Origin: Candidatus Latescibacterota bacterium
GTDB taxonomy: Bacteria; Latescibacterota; CBDEFO01
Reading direction: 5' to 3'
DNA length: 64,000 nucleotides
Assembly: GCA_965237525.1 (NCBI GenBank)
Contig: CBDEFO010000008.1
Span: 480,001 to 544,000 of the forward strand
The notes beneath the pieces are model-generated. The model was not told where the DNA came from. It ran no database searches and saw nothing but the letters and a program-made list of their open reading frames with translations. Every line of letters begins with the position of its first letter. Within the stretch, counting starts at the first letter, position 1. This document shows positions 10,611-21,815 of the stretch, piece by piece. The position numbers were made by a program, and so were the translations under genes.

Positions 10611-12066
10611 GCGTAGCTTTTCCCCCTTGAAACAAAGATGTGAAGACCATATACACGAAACCCGCTTGAAACAACAGCAAAAACGGCAGTGAAGCGAATA
10701 ACTGATTGGTCAATGCAAACAAAGTGGAAAAGGAGCAATAGAGAGCCAAAAAGAGCTCCATAAAAGACAGTCTCTTTCCGTTTGTATAAACCTTATCCCT
10801 CCAGCTGTCGCCCCTATCCACTATGTGGTATTTAGGTGTCCTTGTAAACCCCGTCCGGTGGTTCAATAGCGCTTCCAGGACAGCCCTGGCGTTGTTGACA
10901 CATAGTCCTATGCCCAGAGACATAAGACCAGGAAGATACTTGATCATTCGTTTCCAGTTTGCATAGATCTCCTTCTGCGAGGAGATGTAGAACCAGGAGA
11001 TGGCCCCTGTTGCTGCCCATAAGAGCGGAATGTCTATCAGAATTCCCTTCTGCCATCCCATATCGGCCCTAATGATCAAAACCGGAAGGATCAAGAGCGT
11101 CAAGAGGAACATGAATAGGTAAGAAAGGTTGTTAGTCAGATGGAACAGAGCTTCAAGTTTCACGTGGAAAGGCAGTTTGGTCCTTAAGAGTTGCGGTAGT
11201 AGCTTCTTGGCTGTCTGAATAGAGCCTTTTGACCACCTGTGCTGCTGAGACTTAAAGGCGTCTATCTCCACCGGCAGCTCCGCAGGAGACACCACATCAT
11301 CAAGGAACACAAACTTCCATCCTCCCATCTGAGCCCTGTAGCTCAAATCCAGATCTTCAGTTAAGGTGTCGTGCTGCCATCCTCCCGAAGATAATATACA
11401 GTCTTTCCTCCATATGCCTGCGGTCCCGTTGAAGTTGAAGAACCTTTCAGACCTGTTCCTTGCGTTGTGTTCAATCACAAAGTGTCCGTCCAGAAACATG
11501 GCCTGAATCTTTGTCAAAAGGCTGTAATCGCTGTTCAAATGTCCCCATCTCGTCTGAACCATCCCGACTTCTTTATCCGCAAAATGGTCTATCGTTCTTA
11601 CAAGGAAATCCCTGCCCGGCACGAAATCTGCGTCAAATATCGCTATAAAGTCCCCCTTGGCCCTTATTAGACCTCCCGCCAGCGCGCCGGCTTTGAATCC
11701 CTTCCGGTTGTGTCTGGGTATATAAGATATATCGTGGCCTTTTGCCTTCAAGTCCTCTACTGTATTCTGGGCTATTTTTGCCGTCACGTCCGTCGAATCA
11801 TCCAGAACCTGTATCTCCAGAAGTTCCTCAGGGTAGTCTATCTTAGATACCGCTCTTATCAATCGTTCTACCACGTATCTTTCGTTATAGATGGGAAGTT
11901 GAACCGTAACCTGGGGAGGAGAAGGGAAGATCCCTTTTGGCTTGGGAACTTTGCGTTTGTGCTTATAGTACAAAATTACCATCAAATGCCGGTGAAGACC
12001 ATATATCGACAGAATCACTATCACTGCAAAGTATGCCAGAAGGCATAGGGTTTGCCACCATTCCAT
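10591..12066 (-). CDS. GT2 processive glycosyltransferase (cellulose synthase/mannan synthase-like)
   Basis: QLPIYNE, GFKAGAL, FDAD, TED, QQHRW; N- and C-terminal TM helices. Confidence 0.92.
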   Translation of the reverse strand: MEWWQTLCLLAYFAVIVILSIYGLHRHLMVILYYKHKRKVPKPKGIFPSPPQVTVQLPIYNERYVVERLIRAVSKIDYPEELLEIQVLDDSTDVTAKIAQNTVEDLKAKGHDISYIPRHNRKGFKAGALAGGLIRAKGDFIAIFDADFVPGRDFLVRTIDHFADKEVGMVQTRWGHLNSDYSLLTKIQAMFLDGHFVIEHNARNRSERFFNFNGTAGIWRKDCILSSGGWQHDTLTEDLDLSYRAQMGGWKFVFLDDVVSPAELPVEIDAFKSQQHRWSKGSIQTAKKLLPQLLRTKLPFHVKLEALFHLTNNLSYLFMFLLTLLILPVLIIRADMGWQKGILIDIPLLWAATGAISWFYISSQKEIYANWKRMIKYLPGLMSLGIGLCVNNARAVLEALLNHRTGFTRTPKYHIVDRGDSWRDKVYTNGKRLSFMELFLALYCSFSTLFALTNQLFASLPFLLLFQAGFVYMVFTSLFQGGKATHARATA

Positions 12067-12210
12067 TCAGCTTTCTCCAGATACCAGACCAGAAGGGAAT
12101 ACTCTTAAATCGACTTAACTAATAAATGGTGCGCCTCTGCTATTGTCAAGCGCTTACTCGACGAAACCTCCGTATCTTTGACGAACGATCTTACCTTTAG
12201 TTTCAACAGG

Positions 12211-12942
12211 TCAGGGATTATGGTTACTTTTCCCCGTTGACAGCAACCTCAGCGAAACTCCCCCGTATATCGAGAAGAACCTGTCCGCCTGGTTGAACCT
12301 GGCCTTGCTTCCTGCTGTGTACCTGACTCCTCCATCTATTGAAAAAGGGATGAGCGACGGTCTGATCTTGATCCCTAGGAGGCCGTGCCCTGTTGTCCTC
12401 ACACTTATATCAGTTACCTGATCTGCATCTAGGCTCCCTGTCCATTCCTCCACATTGGCGGAGATGATTTCTCGGGACAGGGCCGGCCTCAGGGCGTTAA
12501 AGCCTGCTCCTGCACCGCTGTAGATAGTCAGGCCTTTTACTCCTTTGGGAAAGCTCACCAGATCCTGCGTCAAAGTCGCATAGAACCCCATCCTCAAAAA
12601 TGTCCCTGTTCCCGCAAGGGACTCCAGATTGTCCATATTAGTGAAGGTAAATTGATAATCGTCCGCTGCTCCGTCGAAGCTCAATTCTACTGAAGTCTTC
12701 GGAAGAATGTTCAAGTATATCCGTCCCCCGAATATTTGAGGATTCTCGATCTCCTCTCTTATCAGATTCACCTTTGTCTTTCCATTCTTCAATAGAAAAT
12801 CCTGGCCATTTTGCTCATCCACAGAGTAGATGTCGAAACCCTGGTAGATTCCAGCGCCGCCGATGGTAACTTGAGCATTCGAATCGGCAGAACTCAAAAG
12901 AAAAGATAGGGAGAGTAGGACTGCAAGAAAGCTCTTTGTCAT
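12211..12942 (-). CDS. Exported protein, probable small outer-membrane beta-barrel
   Basis: Signal peptide (..DSNA-Q), alternating hydrophobic strands such as IYSGAGAGF and FSIYGGVSL. Confidence 0.6.
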   Translation of the reverse strand: MTKSFLAVLLSLSFLLSSADSNAQVTIGGAGIYQGFDIYSVDEQNGQDFLLKNGKTKVNLIREEIENPQIFGGRIYLNILPKTSVELSFDGAADDYQFTFTNMDNLESLAGTGTFLRMGFYATLTQDLVSFPKGVKGLTIYSGAGAGFNALRPALSREIISANVEEWTGSLDADQVTDISVRTTGHGLLGIKIRPSLIPFSIDGGVRYTAGSKARFNQADRFFSIYGGVSLRLLSTGKSNHNP

Positions 12943-12991
12943 AGTTTCTGCCGATTGTTAGGAGTCCTTAGTCATAAGTCAGGACAGAATC

Positions 12992-14434
12992 TCACTTCCT
13001 CCAGAACTCAGGCGTGAAGAGGACCAGCACAGTGAAAAGTTCGAGCCTTCCCAGAAGCATGCATACCGACAGCACCCACTTGCCTGCAGTAGGAATGTGC
13101 GCATAATTATCTGTAGGACCTATAGATCCAAGGCCCGGACCTATGTTCCCCAGGGTAGCCGCCGCCGCCGTCAACGCGCTGACTATGTCCAAGCCCAAAA
13201 GCGACATTATCAAAGTCGCAGCAAAAAATGAGAACATATAGACGATAAAGAAACTCAAGACGTTTCCTACCACATCGGCTGGAATGCTCCTGCCGCCTAA
13301 CCTGACCGGGATCACTGCCTCTGGATGGATCAGTCTCTTCAACTCAACTATGCTCTGCTTGAAAAGGAGTATCACCCGTATATTCTTGATACTTCCGCCC
13401 GTCGAACCTGCGCATCCTCCCACAAACATCAAGCCAAAAAGCATAAACTGAGAGAGATACGACCACCCCTCAAAATCCGCTGTCCCAAAGCCTGTCGTTG
13501 TGGTGATGGAGGCCGATTGAAAGAGTGCCGCTCTGATTGAAAGTCCGATGTCATCGTAGGTTCGAATTCCTATGTCCAGACCGATTATCAGCGTTGCGAT
13601 CCCGACTATACTTATATAGAACAGGAATTCTTTGTCCTGGAGGTAGCACTTCCAATTGCCTTTTAAAAACCTGTAGTGCAGAGCAAAGTTCGTCCCCGCT
13701 ATAAGCATAAATATTATGATCACAAAGTCGAGGTAGGCACTGTCGAAGTGTCCTATACTCATATTTTTGGTCGAAAATCCCCCCGTAGCCATAGTTCCAA
13801 ACGCATGGCAAAGGGAGTCAAAAAACGACATCCCGCCCGCCATCAAAAGGACCGTCTCGATTCCTGAAAAGAGGACGTAGACTCCCCATAGGATCTTTGC
13901 CGTGCTTTGAACCCTCGGACTCAGCTTGTCGGAGACGGGACCTGGGACCTCAGCTTTGAACAGCTGCATACCGCCCACGCCCAACATGGGCAGGATAGCC
14001 AAAGACAGAACTATAATCCCCATTCCGCCGAGCCAGTGGGTCAGACTCCTCCAGAAGAGGATCCCCCGTGGAATGCCCTCTATATCGGTTAAGATCGTCG
14101 CCCCTGTCGTCGTCATACCCGACATAGTCTCAAAATAGGCGTCCGTAGGTGAATCCACAGTCCCGGAAAGCAAGAAAGGGAGCGCGCCGAACGCCGCCAT
14201 AACCACCCATCCTAAGGTCACCACGGCAAAACTGTCTCTTATCCCTAATTCCTGCTCCACTTTCATCGTGCTCCAGGCCAAAAGACCCGCAGCCATGGAT
14301 ATGAGCGCGGAGGAGCCTAGTGCAGTTGCGTCGCCATCCCCGAAATAGAGCGAAAACCCCAAGGGGAAGAGCATTGACAGCCCAAGGAAGAAGAGCAAGG
14401 CACCCAGGATATGCACTACGGCCTTGATATTCAT
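12992..14434 (-). CDS. trkH: Trk potassium uptake permease
   Basis: FETMSGMTTTGAT, WLGGMG, ATGGFS, TTTGF, GGCAGSTGG, GNIGPG, GRLE. Confidence 0.95.
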   Translation of the reverse strand: MNIKAVVHILGALLFFLGLSMLFPLGFSLYFGDGDATALGSSALISMAAGLLAWSTMKVEQELGIRDSFAVVTLGWVVMAAFGALPFLLSGTVDSPTDAYFETMSGMTTTGATILTDIEGIPRGILFWRSLTHWLGGMGIIVLSLAILPMLGVGGMQLFKAEVPGPVSDKLSPRVQSTAKILWGVYVLFSGIETVLLMAGGMSFFDSLCHAFGTMATGGFSTKNMSIGHFDSAYLDFVIIIFMLIAGTNFALHYRFLKGNWKCYLQDKEFLFYISIVGIATLIIGLDIGIRTYDDIGLSIRAALFQSASITTTTGFGTADFEGWSYLSQFMLFGLMFVGGCAGSTGGSIKNIRVILLFKQSIVELKRLIHPEAVIPVRLGGRSIPADVVGNVLSFFIVYMFSFFAATLIMSLLGLDIVSALTAAAATLGNIGPGLGSIGPTDNYAHIPTAGKWVLSVCMLLGRLELFTVLVLFTPEFWRK

Positions 14435-14436
14435 AT

Positions 14437-15789
14437 CTAAGCTTGAACTACCTTGTCAGCGAGCCGCTCAGGCCTTTTCCAATTCTCTATGCTCTCCTCC
14501 AGATACTCTCTCACCTGATTGATCTTCACTCTGATCTGCTCCATGGTATCCCTGTCCCTCACCGTCACCGTGTTGTCCGCTTTGGTCTCTGAATCCACCG
14601 TAATACAGTAAGGCGTGCCCACTTCGTCCATCCTCCTGTATCGCCTGCCGACCGCCCCGTTCTCGTCGTAGAAGACCCTCAAGTGCCTCCTCAAATCCAC
14701 CTCTATCTCTCTGGCTATTTCAGGCATGTCGTCCCTCTTGACCAGAGGAAATATCCCCGCCTTTATCGGAGCCAATCTCGGATGGAGCCTCAAGATGACC
14801 CTCGGGCGGCCCTTTACCATCTCCTCATCGTAGCCGTCTATCAGACACACAAGCACAGTCCTTGTCAACCCCGCTGCTGTCTCTACAACGTAAGGAATGT
14901 AGCTTTCCCTGGTCTCCTCGTCGAAATAGGACATATCCCTTCCAGAGTATTCCTGATGTCTCTTCAGGTCGAAGTCCGTCCTATTGTGGATGCCCTCCAG
15001 TTCGGCCCAGCCGAAGGGGAACTCGTATTCGATGTCGATAACCCTCTTGGCGTAGTGAGCAAGTTCGTCAGCCCCATGCTCCCTGAACCTTAATCTCTCA
15101 GGGTTTATGCCTATGTTCTTGTAGTACGCTGTTCTATCTTCCTTCCACGCTTCGAACCATCCCTCATCTGTGCCTGGTTTGACGAAGTATTGCATCTCCA
15201 TCTGCTCGAACTCACGGGTCCGAAAGGTAAAATTACCGGGAGTTATTTCGTTTCTGAACGCCTTCCCTACCTGAGCTATGCCGAAGGGTATCTTCCTGCG
15301 CATCGCATTCATCACGTTCTGATAGTTCACGTAGCTCCCCTGCGCCGTCTCAGGTCTTAGATATGTCACATTCGAATCGTCATCGACAGGGCCCAGAAAC
15401 GTCTTGAACATCAGATTAAACTGTCTTGCCCCTGTCAACTCTCCGCCGCAAGAAGGGCAGACTTCCTCCTCAAAATCATCGGCCTTGAATCTGCGCTTAC
15501 AGATCTTGCAGTCCACCATCGGGTCGGTGAAGCTCTCCACGTGCCCTGAGGCCTCCCAGACGCTCGGATGCATCAGGATGCTCGTCTCCACCCCCTCTAC
15601 GTCACTGTGCAGCTGAGTTATCCAGAACCACCAGTAATCGTGTACGTTTCTCTTCAACTCTACTCCCAACGGCCCGTAGTCCCAGCAACTGTTCAGCCCA
15701 CCGTAGATCTCACTGTTCTGAAATATAAACCCCTTCCTCTTGCAGAGCGAGACTATCTTATCCATCTGGTCGTTCGTATTTTGGGACAT
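14437..15789 (-). CDS. glyQS: Glycyl-tRNA synthetase (alpha2 type)
   Basis: DYGPLG, LRPETAQG, FRNEITP..FRTREFEQME, C-terminal anticodon-binding domain. Confidence 0.96.
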   Translation of the reverse strand: MSQNTNDQMDKIVSLCKRKGFIFQNSEIYGGLNSCWDYGPLGVELKRNVHDYWWFWITQLHSDVEGVETSILMHPSVWEASGHVESFTDPMVDCKICKRRFKADDFEEEVCPSCGGELTGARQFNLMFKTFLGPVDDDSNVTYLRPETAQGSYVNYQNVMNAMRRKIPFGIAQVGKAFRNEITPGNFTFRTREFEQMEMQYFVKPGTDEGWFEAWKEDRTAYYKNIGINPERLRFREHGADELAHYAKRVIDIEYEFPFGWAELEGIHNRTDFDLKRHQEYSGRDMSYFDEETRESYIPYVVETAAGLTRTVLVCLIDGYDEEMVKGRPRVILRLHPRLAPIKAGIFPLVKRDDMPEIAREIEVDLRRHLRVFYDENGAVGRRYRRMDEVGTPYCITVDSETKADNTVTVRDRDTMEQIRVKINQVREYLEESIENWKRPERLADKVVQA

Positions 15790-16588
15790 ATCTCCTCATC
15801 TGTTCCAACACTTGTAAAGATTTTAGCTTTCTATGATCGCCTATATGATATTCCAGGTAAGAGGTCAGAAGATTCCCCACCTCAGATTCGAGAGGATGTG
15901 AAGTCCGTATATTCACCACATTCGATGTATTAGCCATTCTCAAACTCTCCAGGAACCTTACGGTCCCGAGATTCACTTCCATTGCCCCTGCATCGTTCTT
16001 TGAGCACTTTCTGCATAGAAGTCCACCCAGGACCATGCTGAACATAATCTTTGTCGAAGGTCTATTCCGTGTGGAGTCCGGCTCCTTCCTGCAAGACACA
16101 CACACACAAAAATCGGGCTGATAACCTAAAATTCCTATAGCCTTCAACTGAAAATGCCAGAGCACGTTTTCCATGGTCTCGGAACGACTTTCCTCCATTT
16201 TCAACAGACAATCTTCCAGTGTCCGATAGAATTTGAAGTTGGATTCGTTCTCCGCCGTCAGTCTTTCCGTAAGTTCGCACAGAGCACTCCCGTAAGATAA
16301 CTTCTCCAAATTGTCTTTCAATCCTCCGAAAGGATGGACAATATCCGTCTGACTCAGGGTCTGCAGGTCCCTGTTTTCCTTCCTGTAGAACACAAGAAAG
16401 ATCGACGTTATCGGCTCCAGGCTCGCTCCGAACTTGCTCTTTGGGCTTCTGGCTCCCTTTGCTACGACCTTCATCTTTCCGAAAGCCTTAGTGTAGAGCG
16501 TCGCTATCTTACTGGTTTCACCTAACTTATGAGTCCTGAGGACTATCCCTTCAGTCTTACATATCCCCATCCTATTTCCACTCTCCAT
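15758..16588 (-). CDS. recO: DNA repair protein RecO
   Basis: TEGIVLR..GETSKI..GKMKVVAKGAR; Zn-finger CVSC..CRKC. Confidence 0.93.
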   Translation of the reverse strand: MESGNRMGICKTEGIVLRTHKLGETSKIATLYTKAFGKMKVVAKGARSPKSKFGASLEPITSIFLVFYRKENRDLQTLSQTDIVHPFGGLKDNLEKLSYGSALCELTERLTAENESNFKFYRTLEDCLLKMEESRSETMENVLWHFQLKAIGILGYQPDFCVCVSCRKEPDSTRNRPSTKIMFSMVLGGLLCRKCSKNDAGAMEVNLGTVRFLESLRMANTSNVVNIRTSHPLESEVGNLLTSYLEYHIGDHRKLKSLQVLEQMRRYVPKYERPDG

Positions 16589-16955
16589 CCCAGCTTATTC
16601 GATACACCGTCTCCCCTTCCTTATGCATCCCGTATTCCTCCCTGGCTATTTTCTCTATATAAGTCATATCGTTCTGTAAGAGCTCTATTTCCCTTTCCAA
16701 TCTCTCATTATCCTCCTTCAGGTCATCTATATCCTCCTTGAGACTTGCAATCTGAGCCTTTTGACGCCATATCCTGTAAAAGCCGTAGTCTCCGCCTACA
16801 AATATGTATGTAACCAGTATAGTGCCGAGCAGAATGAACGCACTTTTTATCTTTTTCTTTTTAAAGAGGGGCGGTCTCCTTGCCATTTGATAGAGCTGGC
16901 TTTTTCTCTTCAAATTCATCCTTTTTGACCCTATCTTTACAGGATCAGACGTCAC
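16572..16955 (-). CDS. Septum formation initiator (FtsB/DivIC family)
   Basis: TM helix, coiled coil, [17 protein letters not shown]. Confidence 0.85.
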   Translation of the reverse strand: MTSDPVKIGSKRMNLKRKSQLYQMARRPPLFKKKKIKSAFILLGTILVTYIFVGGDYGFYRIWRQKAQIASLKEDIDDLKEDNERLEREIELLQNDMTYIEKIAREEYGMHKEGETVYRISWDGEWK

Positions 16956-17346
16956 GGAGTCGACGTTCGACTTCTTTGGAATCTATGACCCAGCTCCCAT
17001 TTTCCATACGTCTGTAGAAACACGATCTATATCCCATATGACACGCCCCTCCGCCCTCCTGTGCTATCTTAAAGAGCAAGGCGTCTCCATCGCAATCTAA
17101 CATAATCTCTTTCACTTCTTGGATATTTCCGGACGTTTCCCCCTTAATCCAGAGTTCCTTCCTGCTTCTGCTCCAGTAGGTCATCCTCCCCGACTTCAGC
17201 GTCATCCTCAGGCTCTGCCTGTTCATATAAGCCACCATCAGGACCTCTCCTGACTCGAAGTCCTGTGCTATGGCTGCAACCAAGCCCTGCTCATCGAATT
17301 TGACTTGATCTATTATGTCCAGTTTTCTACTCCCGCAACTGGCCAT
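16945..17346 (-). CDS. hisI: Phosphoribosyl-AMP cyclohydrolase
   Basis: [30 protein letters not shown]. Confidence 0.95.
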   Translation of the reverse strand: MASCGSRKLDIIDQVKFDEQGLVAAIAQDFESGEVLMVAYMNRQSLRMTLKSGRMTYWSRSRKELWIKGETSGNIQEVKEIMLDCDGDALLFKIAQEGGGACHMGYRSCFYRRMENGSWVIDSKEVERRLRDV

Positions 17347-18604
17347 CTCCGTAGACCACCCATTTGTACGTCGTCAGACTCTCAGCGCCCATAGGGCCCC
17401 TTGCATGGAGCTTATCAGTGCTGATGCCTACCTCAGCCCCCAAACCGTAAATCGCCCCATCGCTCAGTCGGGTCGAAGCGTTCACCATCACAGAGGACGA
17501 ATCGACGCTCATAACGAACTTTCTAGCCTTGAAATAGTTATCTGTTACGATAGCGTCGGTGTGATGCGATCCGTATACATCTATATGATCCATCGCCTCA
17601 TCTATGCTATCAACCACCGCCACCGCCAGTATCAGATCCAGATATTCGGCGTACCAATCCTCTTGGGTCGCCGCCTGGGTTCTGTCCCCGATAGATTCAA
17701 TCGGGGACAGAATATTTCTGGTCCTTTCACAGCCCCTGATCTCCACACCTGCCTCTTCGAGCTTTTGAGCTATTTTGGGAAGGAAAGAATCTGCCACTTT
17801 GGAGTTCACCAAGAGTGTCTCCATCGCGTTGCAGACCCCCGGGCGCTGAGCCTTGGCGTTATACGCGATTCTTAAGGCCATATCCAAATCTGCCTCATCG
17901 TCTACGTAAACGTGGCAGACTCCGTCGTAGTGCTTTATGACGGGAATGAGCGAATTGTCCATCACCGTCTTGATCAGGCCCTTTCCTCCTCTTGGGACTA
18001 CAAGATCGATAAGGCCCTCTGCCTTGAGCATCTCGATCACAGCTTTTCTCTCCGTCGTCTCGATAAGATTTATCGCTCTCTCGGGGAGACCTGCAGACTC
18101 GGCGGCGTCCGACAATATATTAGCTATGCAGACATTGGAAAAGAGCGCCTCAGACCCGCCTCTTAGGATCACGGCGTTCCCCGATTTAACGCACAGTCCC
18201 GCAGCGTCCGCCGTCACGTTCGGCCTCGATTCATATACGATCCCAATAACTCCTATAGGGACCCTCATTTTCCCCACCTCCATACCGTTTGGGCGCCTCC
18301 TCAGCTCCTCCACAGCTCCGATGGGATCGGGCTGTATCGCTATCTCCCTGAGGCCTGTTGCCATATCTCCTATTCTCTTATCGTCCAACTTTAGCCTATC
18401 GACTATAGCCCCGGGAAGCCCGCTTTTCCTGGCTTCCTCTAAATCTTTATTATTCTCCTGTTTTATCCTTTCAGCATTTTCAATCAAGCCCGAAGCCATA
18501 GTCTCCAATGCGTTATCCTTAACCTTCATAGGCACACAGCTCAGCTTTTGCGCCGCTATCTTTGCAGCCTTAGCCATATCTGACACATATCTCTTCACAT
18601 CCAT
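17327..18604 (-). CDS. proA: Gamma-glutamyl phosphate reductase
   Basis: [35 protein letters not shown]; start taken at ATG 18604. Confidence 0.96.
   Translation of the reverse strand: MDVKRYVSDMAKAAKIAAQKLSCVPMKVKDNALETMASGLIENAERIKQENNKDLEEARKSGLPGAIVDRLKLDDKRIGDMATGLREIAIQPDPIGAVEELRRRPNGMEVGKMRVPIGVIGIVYESRPNVTADAAGLCVKSGNAVILRGGSEALFSNVCIANILSDAAESAGLPERAINLIETTERKAVIEMLKAEGLIDLVVPRGGKGLIKTVMDNSLIPVIKHYDGVCHVYVDDEADLDMALRIAYNAKAQRPGVCNAMETLLVNSKVADSFLPKIAQKLEEAGVEIRGCERTRNILSPIESIGDRTQAATQEDWYAEYLDLILAVAVVDSIDEAMDHIDVYGSHHTDAIVTDNYFKARKFVMSVDSSSVMVNASTRLSDGAIYGLGAEVGISTDKLHARGPMGAESLTTYKWVVYGDGQLRE
17680..17712. repeat. Palindromic repeat family P (core TCCCCGATAGATTCAATCGGGGA), copy inside proA
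   Basis: 13-bp perfect arms TTCTGTCCCCGAT / ATCGGGGACAGAA; other copies at 44963, 47949, 48847, 53369 (half), 55272 (nested). Confidence 0.88.
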
Positions 18605-18723
18605 TTTGCGCTCCCTGCCAGATTGCTTCGGGGCTTTGCCCCTCGCAATGAATGAAGTCCGAAGCCCAGAGCGAAGGGAAGGTTCAGCCAAACAATCTCC
18701 TCTGTCTACTGTATTTAACTCAA

Positions 18724-19860
18724 TCAGACTAAAACCACTATATCATCTCTGTGGATCACCTCATCGTCCCTGCGGTAACCGAGGGTATCCTCTATCTCTG
18801 ACGATCTCCTGCCTCGTATCTTATCTACTTCAGCGCAGGAATATCTGGCCAAGCCCCGCGCCAATTCCGTGCCCGATTCGTCCTGGACCACCACCATCTC
18901 TCCTGCATCAAAATTCCCCCTTATTCCCACAATCCCCGATGGCAGGAGACTCTTGCCCCCTTTTACAATAGCCCTGACTGCTCCTGCATCCACGATTAGG
19001 GATCCTTCTCCTCCGATAGCGAAGGCTATCCACCTCTTTCTGCCCGTCATCTTTTTGCGCACGGGCAAAAAGAGCGTGCCTATATTTTCCCCCTGGACTA
19101 TTTCCGACAGGCTATGTCGCTTTCCGTTAGCTATCACCAGCATCTCTCCGGACATCGTAACTATCCGGGCTGCCCTTATCTTGGCCTTGAATCCACCTAC
19201 TCCCACATCGCTTCCGGGACCTCCACAGAAGGATTCAAACTTATCGTCTATCTCTTCCACTACCTCTATTAGAGAGTGGTCGTTCTCTGATTGAACGCCC
19301 CGCCCGGGATCTCCGGAATAGAGGCCGTCTACGTCCGAGAGGATAACTAATAGCTGGGCTTCGATCAGGTTGGTGACGTACGCCGCCAGCGTATCGTTGT
19401 CCCCCACCTTGATCTCATCCATAGCCACGCTGTCGTTCGCATTAAGAACGGGCACCACCCTGTATTTGAATAGAGCCGCCAGCGTATTTCGCGCGTTCAC
19501 ATAACGCGGCCGATCTTTCATATCGTCAGCGGTGAGCAGAACCTGTGCTATTGTTATTCCATACTCCCTGAAAGCTATCTTGTAATTGTGCATTAAGAGG
19601 TTCTGACCCACAGCGGCGGCGGCCTGGAGATCAGGTATATTCACTGGCCTTTTTTTCATCCCCAGACGCCCCATCCCCGCTGAGATAGCACCTGAGGAGA
19701 CCACAGCCACCTGCATCCCTCTCCTTCTGAGACCATATATCTCTTCTGTTAGGTGTCGGATCACATCTTGGTCCAGCAAATTGTCCTGGCGGGTGATCAC
19801 CGTCGTCCCCAACTTCACAACAACGCGTCTTATATCTTTGAACAGAGTCTTTCTATCCAT
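18724..19860 (-). CDS. proB: Glutamate 5-kinase with PUA domain
   Basis: VVKLGT, VSSGA, AAVGQ, GDNDTLA, SDVDGLY, C-terminal PUA domain. Confidence 0.96.
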   Translation of the reverse strand: MDRKTLFKDIRRVVVKLGTTVITRQDNLLDQDVIRHLTEEIYGLRRRGMQVAVVSSGAISAGMGRLGMKKRPVNIPDLQAAAAVGQNLLMHNYKIAFREYGITIAQVLLTADDMKDRPRYVNARNTLAALFKYRVVPVLNANDSVAMDEIKVGDNDTLAAYVTNLIEAQLLVILSDVDGLYSGDPGRGVQSENDHSLIEVVEEIDDKFESFCGGPGSDVGVGGFKAKIRAARIVTMSGEMLVIANGKRHSLSEIVQGENIGTLFLPVRKKMTGRKRWIAFAIGGEGSLIVDAGAVRAIVKGGKSLLPSGIVGIRGNFDAGEMVVVQDESGTELARGLARYSCAEVDKIRGRRSSEIEDTLGYRRDDEVIHRDDIVVLV

Positions 19861-19900
19861 CGTTTCTTAAATAGGGGCTGACCCGCGCGTCTTCCCTGGA

Positions 19901-19923
19901 CAGTAGACGGGGCACCTCTGCCC
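19901..19923 (+). repeat. Dispersed CAGTAGACAG repeat (family G), representative intergenic copy
   Basis: Copies at 18702(-), 19901, 20984, 29730, 31052, 39933, 40807(-), 44954, 55388(-), 56958, 63805(-); several followed by GG(G)CACC(G)CCTCT. Confidence 0.8.
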
Positions 19924-19945
19924 TTTCTCTTTGCGATCTACTGCT

Positions 19946-20962
19946 CTAAAGGTATCTTTTCTCAAGATCAAGGTAGCGCTCTATGTCTTTCATCATTGCT
20001 GAAAACTGATCGGGCAGCAGGGACTGCGCGCCGTCTGAGAACGCCTCTTCGGGATCTGGATGCACTTCTATTAGCAGTCCGTCCGCGCCTGCCGCCACGG
20101 CAGCCTTCGACATCGAATCCACCAGGCTCCTTACCCCGGTGCCATGACTGGGATCTGCGATGACCGGTAGATGGGACAGACTCTTTAAGGCCGGGATCGC
20201 CGACAGGTCGAATGTGTTCCTCGTGTAGGTCTCAAACGTCCTTATCCCCCGCTCGCACAGTATCACATCGTTGTTGCCGCCTGACACTATGTACTCCGCT
20301 GACATCAGGAGCTCCTCTATAGTAGCCATCATCCCCCGCTTGAGAAGTATCGGTTTACCCGCATTGCCCAGGCTCTTCAAGAGGGGGAAGTTTTGCATAT
20401 TTCGAGCCCCTATCTGCAGTACATCGGCGTACTCTGCCACCAAGGGAACATCATCATGAGACATGACCTCGGTCACGATCGAAAGCCCGAACTTCTCTCT
20501 GGCCTCAGCTAGAAGTTTCAATCCCTCCTCAGCCAGTCCCTGAAAGCTGTACGGCGAAGTTCGGGGCTTGAACGCCCCGCCCCTAAGAAGCTTTGCTCCA
20601 GCTTGCTTTACAGCCTCAGCTGTCTCCAATATCTGCTCTCTGCTCTCAACAGAACACGGACCTGCTATCACCGCAAACTGATCGCTCCCTACCTTGACTC
20701 CCCTCACGTCTATGATGGTCCTTTCCCTCTTTACCTCCGTTCCGACCAGCTTAAAGGGCTGCAATATCGGGACGACCCTCTGAACACCCGGTGCAGACTC
20801 CAATACCTGAAGCTGAGCCTTTTGCCTCTCATCGCCTATAGCGGCCACGACAGTCCTTTCCACACCGTAGATGGGATGAACAGAATAGCCCAATTCACTC
20901 ACGCGGTCGAAAACATGCTCTATCTGCTCCTTTGTGGCGTCCTTTTCCATAACAATAATCAT
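19946..20962 (-). CDS. aroF: DAHP synthase, type I-beta with N-terminal regulatory domain
   Basis: [37 protein letters not shown]. Confidence 0.95.
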   Translation of the reverse strand: MIIVMEKDATKEQIEHVFDRVSELGYSVHPIYGVERTVVAAIGDERQKAQLQVLESAPGVQRVVPILQPFKLVGTEVKRERTIIDVRGVKVGSDQFAVIAGPCSVESREQILETAEAVKQAGAKLLRGGAFKPRTSPYSFQGLAEEGLKLLAEAREKFGLSIVTEVMSHDDVPLVAEYADVLQIGARNMQNFPLLKSLGNAGKPILLKRGMMATIEELLMSAEYIVSGGNNDVILCERGIRTFETYTRNTFDLSAIPALKSLSHLPVIADPSHGTGVRSLVDSMSKAAVAAGADGLLIEVHPDPEEAFSDGAQSLLPDQFSAMMKDIERYLDLEKRYL

Positions 20963-21041
20963 CTTTGTCTCACCCGTGAAAATCAGTAGACTGTAGACAG
21001 GGCACCGCCTCCACTCCCTATTTACCGCTGCTAAATCTTCC

Positions 21042-21815
21042 TCACGTTCTCACCAGGACTTTGCGCGCTGATAAGTAGTCCTTAGCTTCCTGAATCGAAT
21101 ATTCCCTGAAGTGAAATATCGAAGCTGCCAGAGCAGCGCTGGCTTTGCCTTCAGTCAATACCTGATATATGTGTTCTAAATTCCCGCATCCTCCTGAAGC
21201 CACAATCGGGATATTCGCCTTCTCGTCCACAGTCCGGTTGAGTTCTAAATCGTATCCGTCTTTTGTGCCGTCAGCGTCTATGCTGTTCAGCACAAGTTCG
21301 CCTGCTCCCAGAGACTCAGCCTCCTGCGCCCACTCAAGGGCATCTATACCTGTGGGCGTTCTTCCCCCGTTGATATAGACCTCCCACGAAGGTTCGTCTT
21401 GACTATCTTTCTGGACTCTCTTAGCGTCAATGGAAACTACAACGCACTGATTACCGAAGCTTTCTGCCCCAGAGGTTATTATCTCGGGATTCTTTACGGC
21501 GGCGGTGTTCAAGGAGATCTTATCCGCTCCGCCCTGTATGATCTCCTTGATATCCTCGATAGTCCTTATCCCTCCGCCGACTGTTAAGGGGATAAAAACC
21601 TCTTCTGAAGTCCTTTTGACCACGTCGACCATAATCTGACGCGCCTCGGCCGAAGCTGTGATGTCGTAAAAGACCAGTTCATCCGCCTTTTCCCGGTCGT
21701 AGAACTTGGCCTGCTCAACTGGATCACCGGCGTCCACATGTTCCACAAACTTGACGCCTTTGATCACACGGCCTTTATCCACATCCAGACAGGGGATTAT
21801 CCTTTTTGCTAACAT
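21042..21815 (-). CDS. hisF: Imidazole glycerol phosphate synthase cyclase subunit
   Basis: [37 protein letters not shown]. Confidence 0.97.
   Translation of the reverse strand: MLAKRIIPCLDVDKGRVIKGVKFVEHVDAGDPVEQAKFYDREKADELVFYDITASAEARQIMVDVVKRTSEEVFIPLTVGGGIRTIEDIKEIIQGGADKISLNTAAVKNPEIITSGAESFGNQCVVVSIDAKRVQKDSQDEPSWEVYINGGRTPTGIDALEWAQEAESLGAGELVLNSIDADGTKDGYDLELNRTVDEKANIPIVASGGCGNLEHIYQVLTEGKASAALAASIFHFREYSIQEAKDYLSARKVLVRT

Noticed and set aside
17937..18971. 344-aa plus-strand ORF and similar antisense ORFs over his, pro, metG, ruv and fusA genes
   Set aside because: Shadow frames of well-supported minus-strand genes with no motifs of their own
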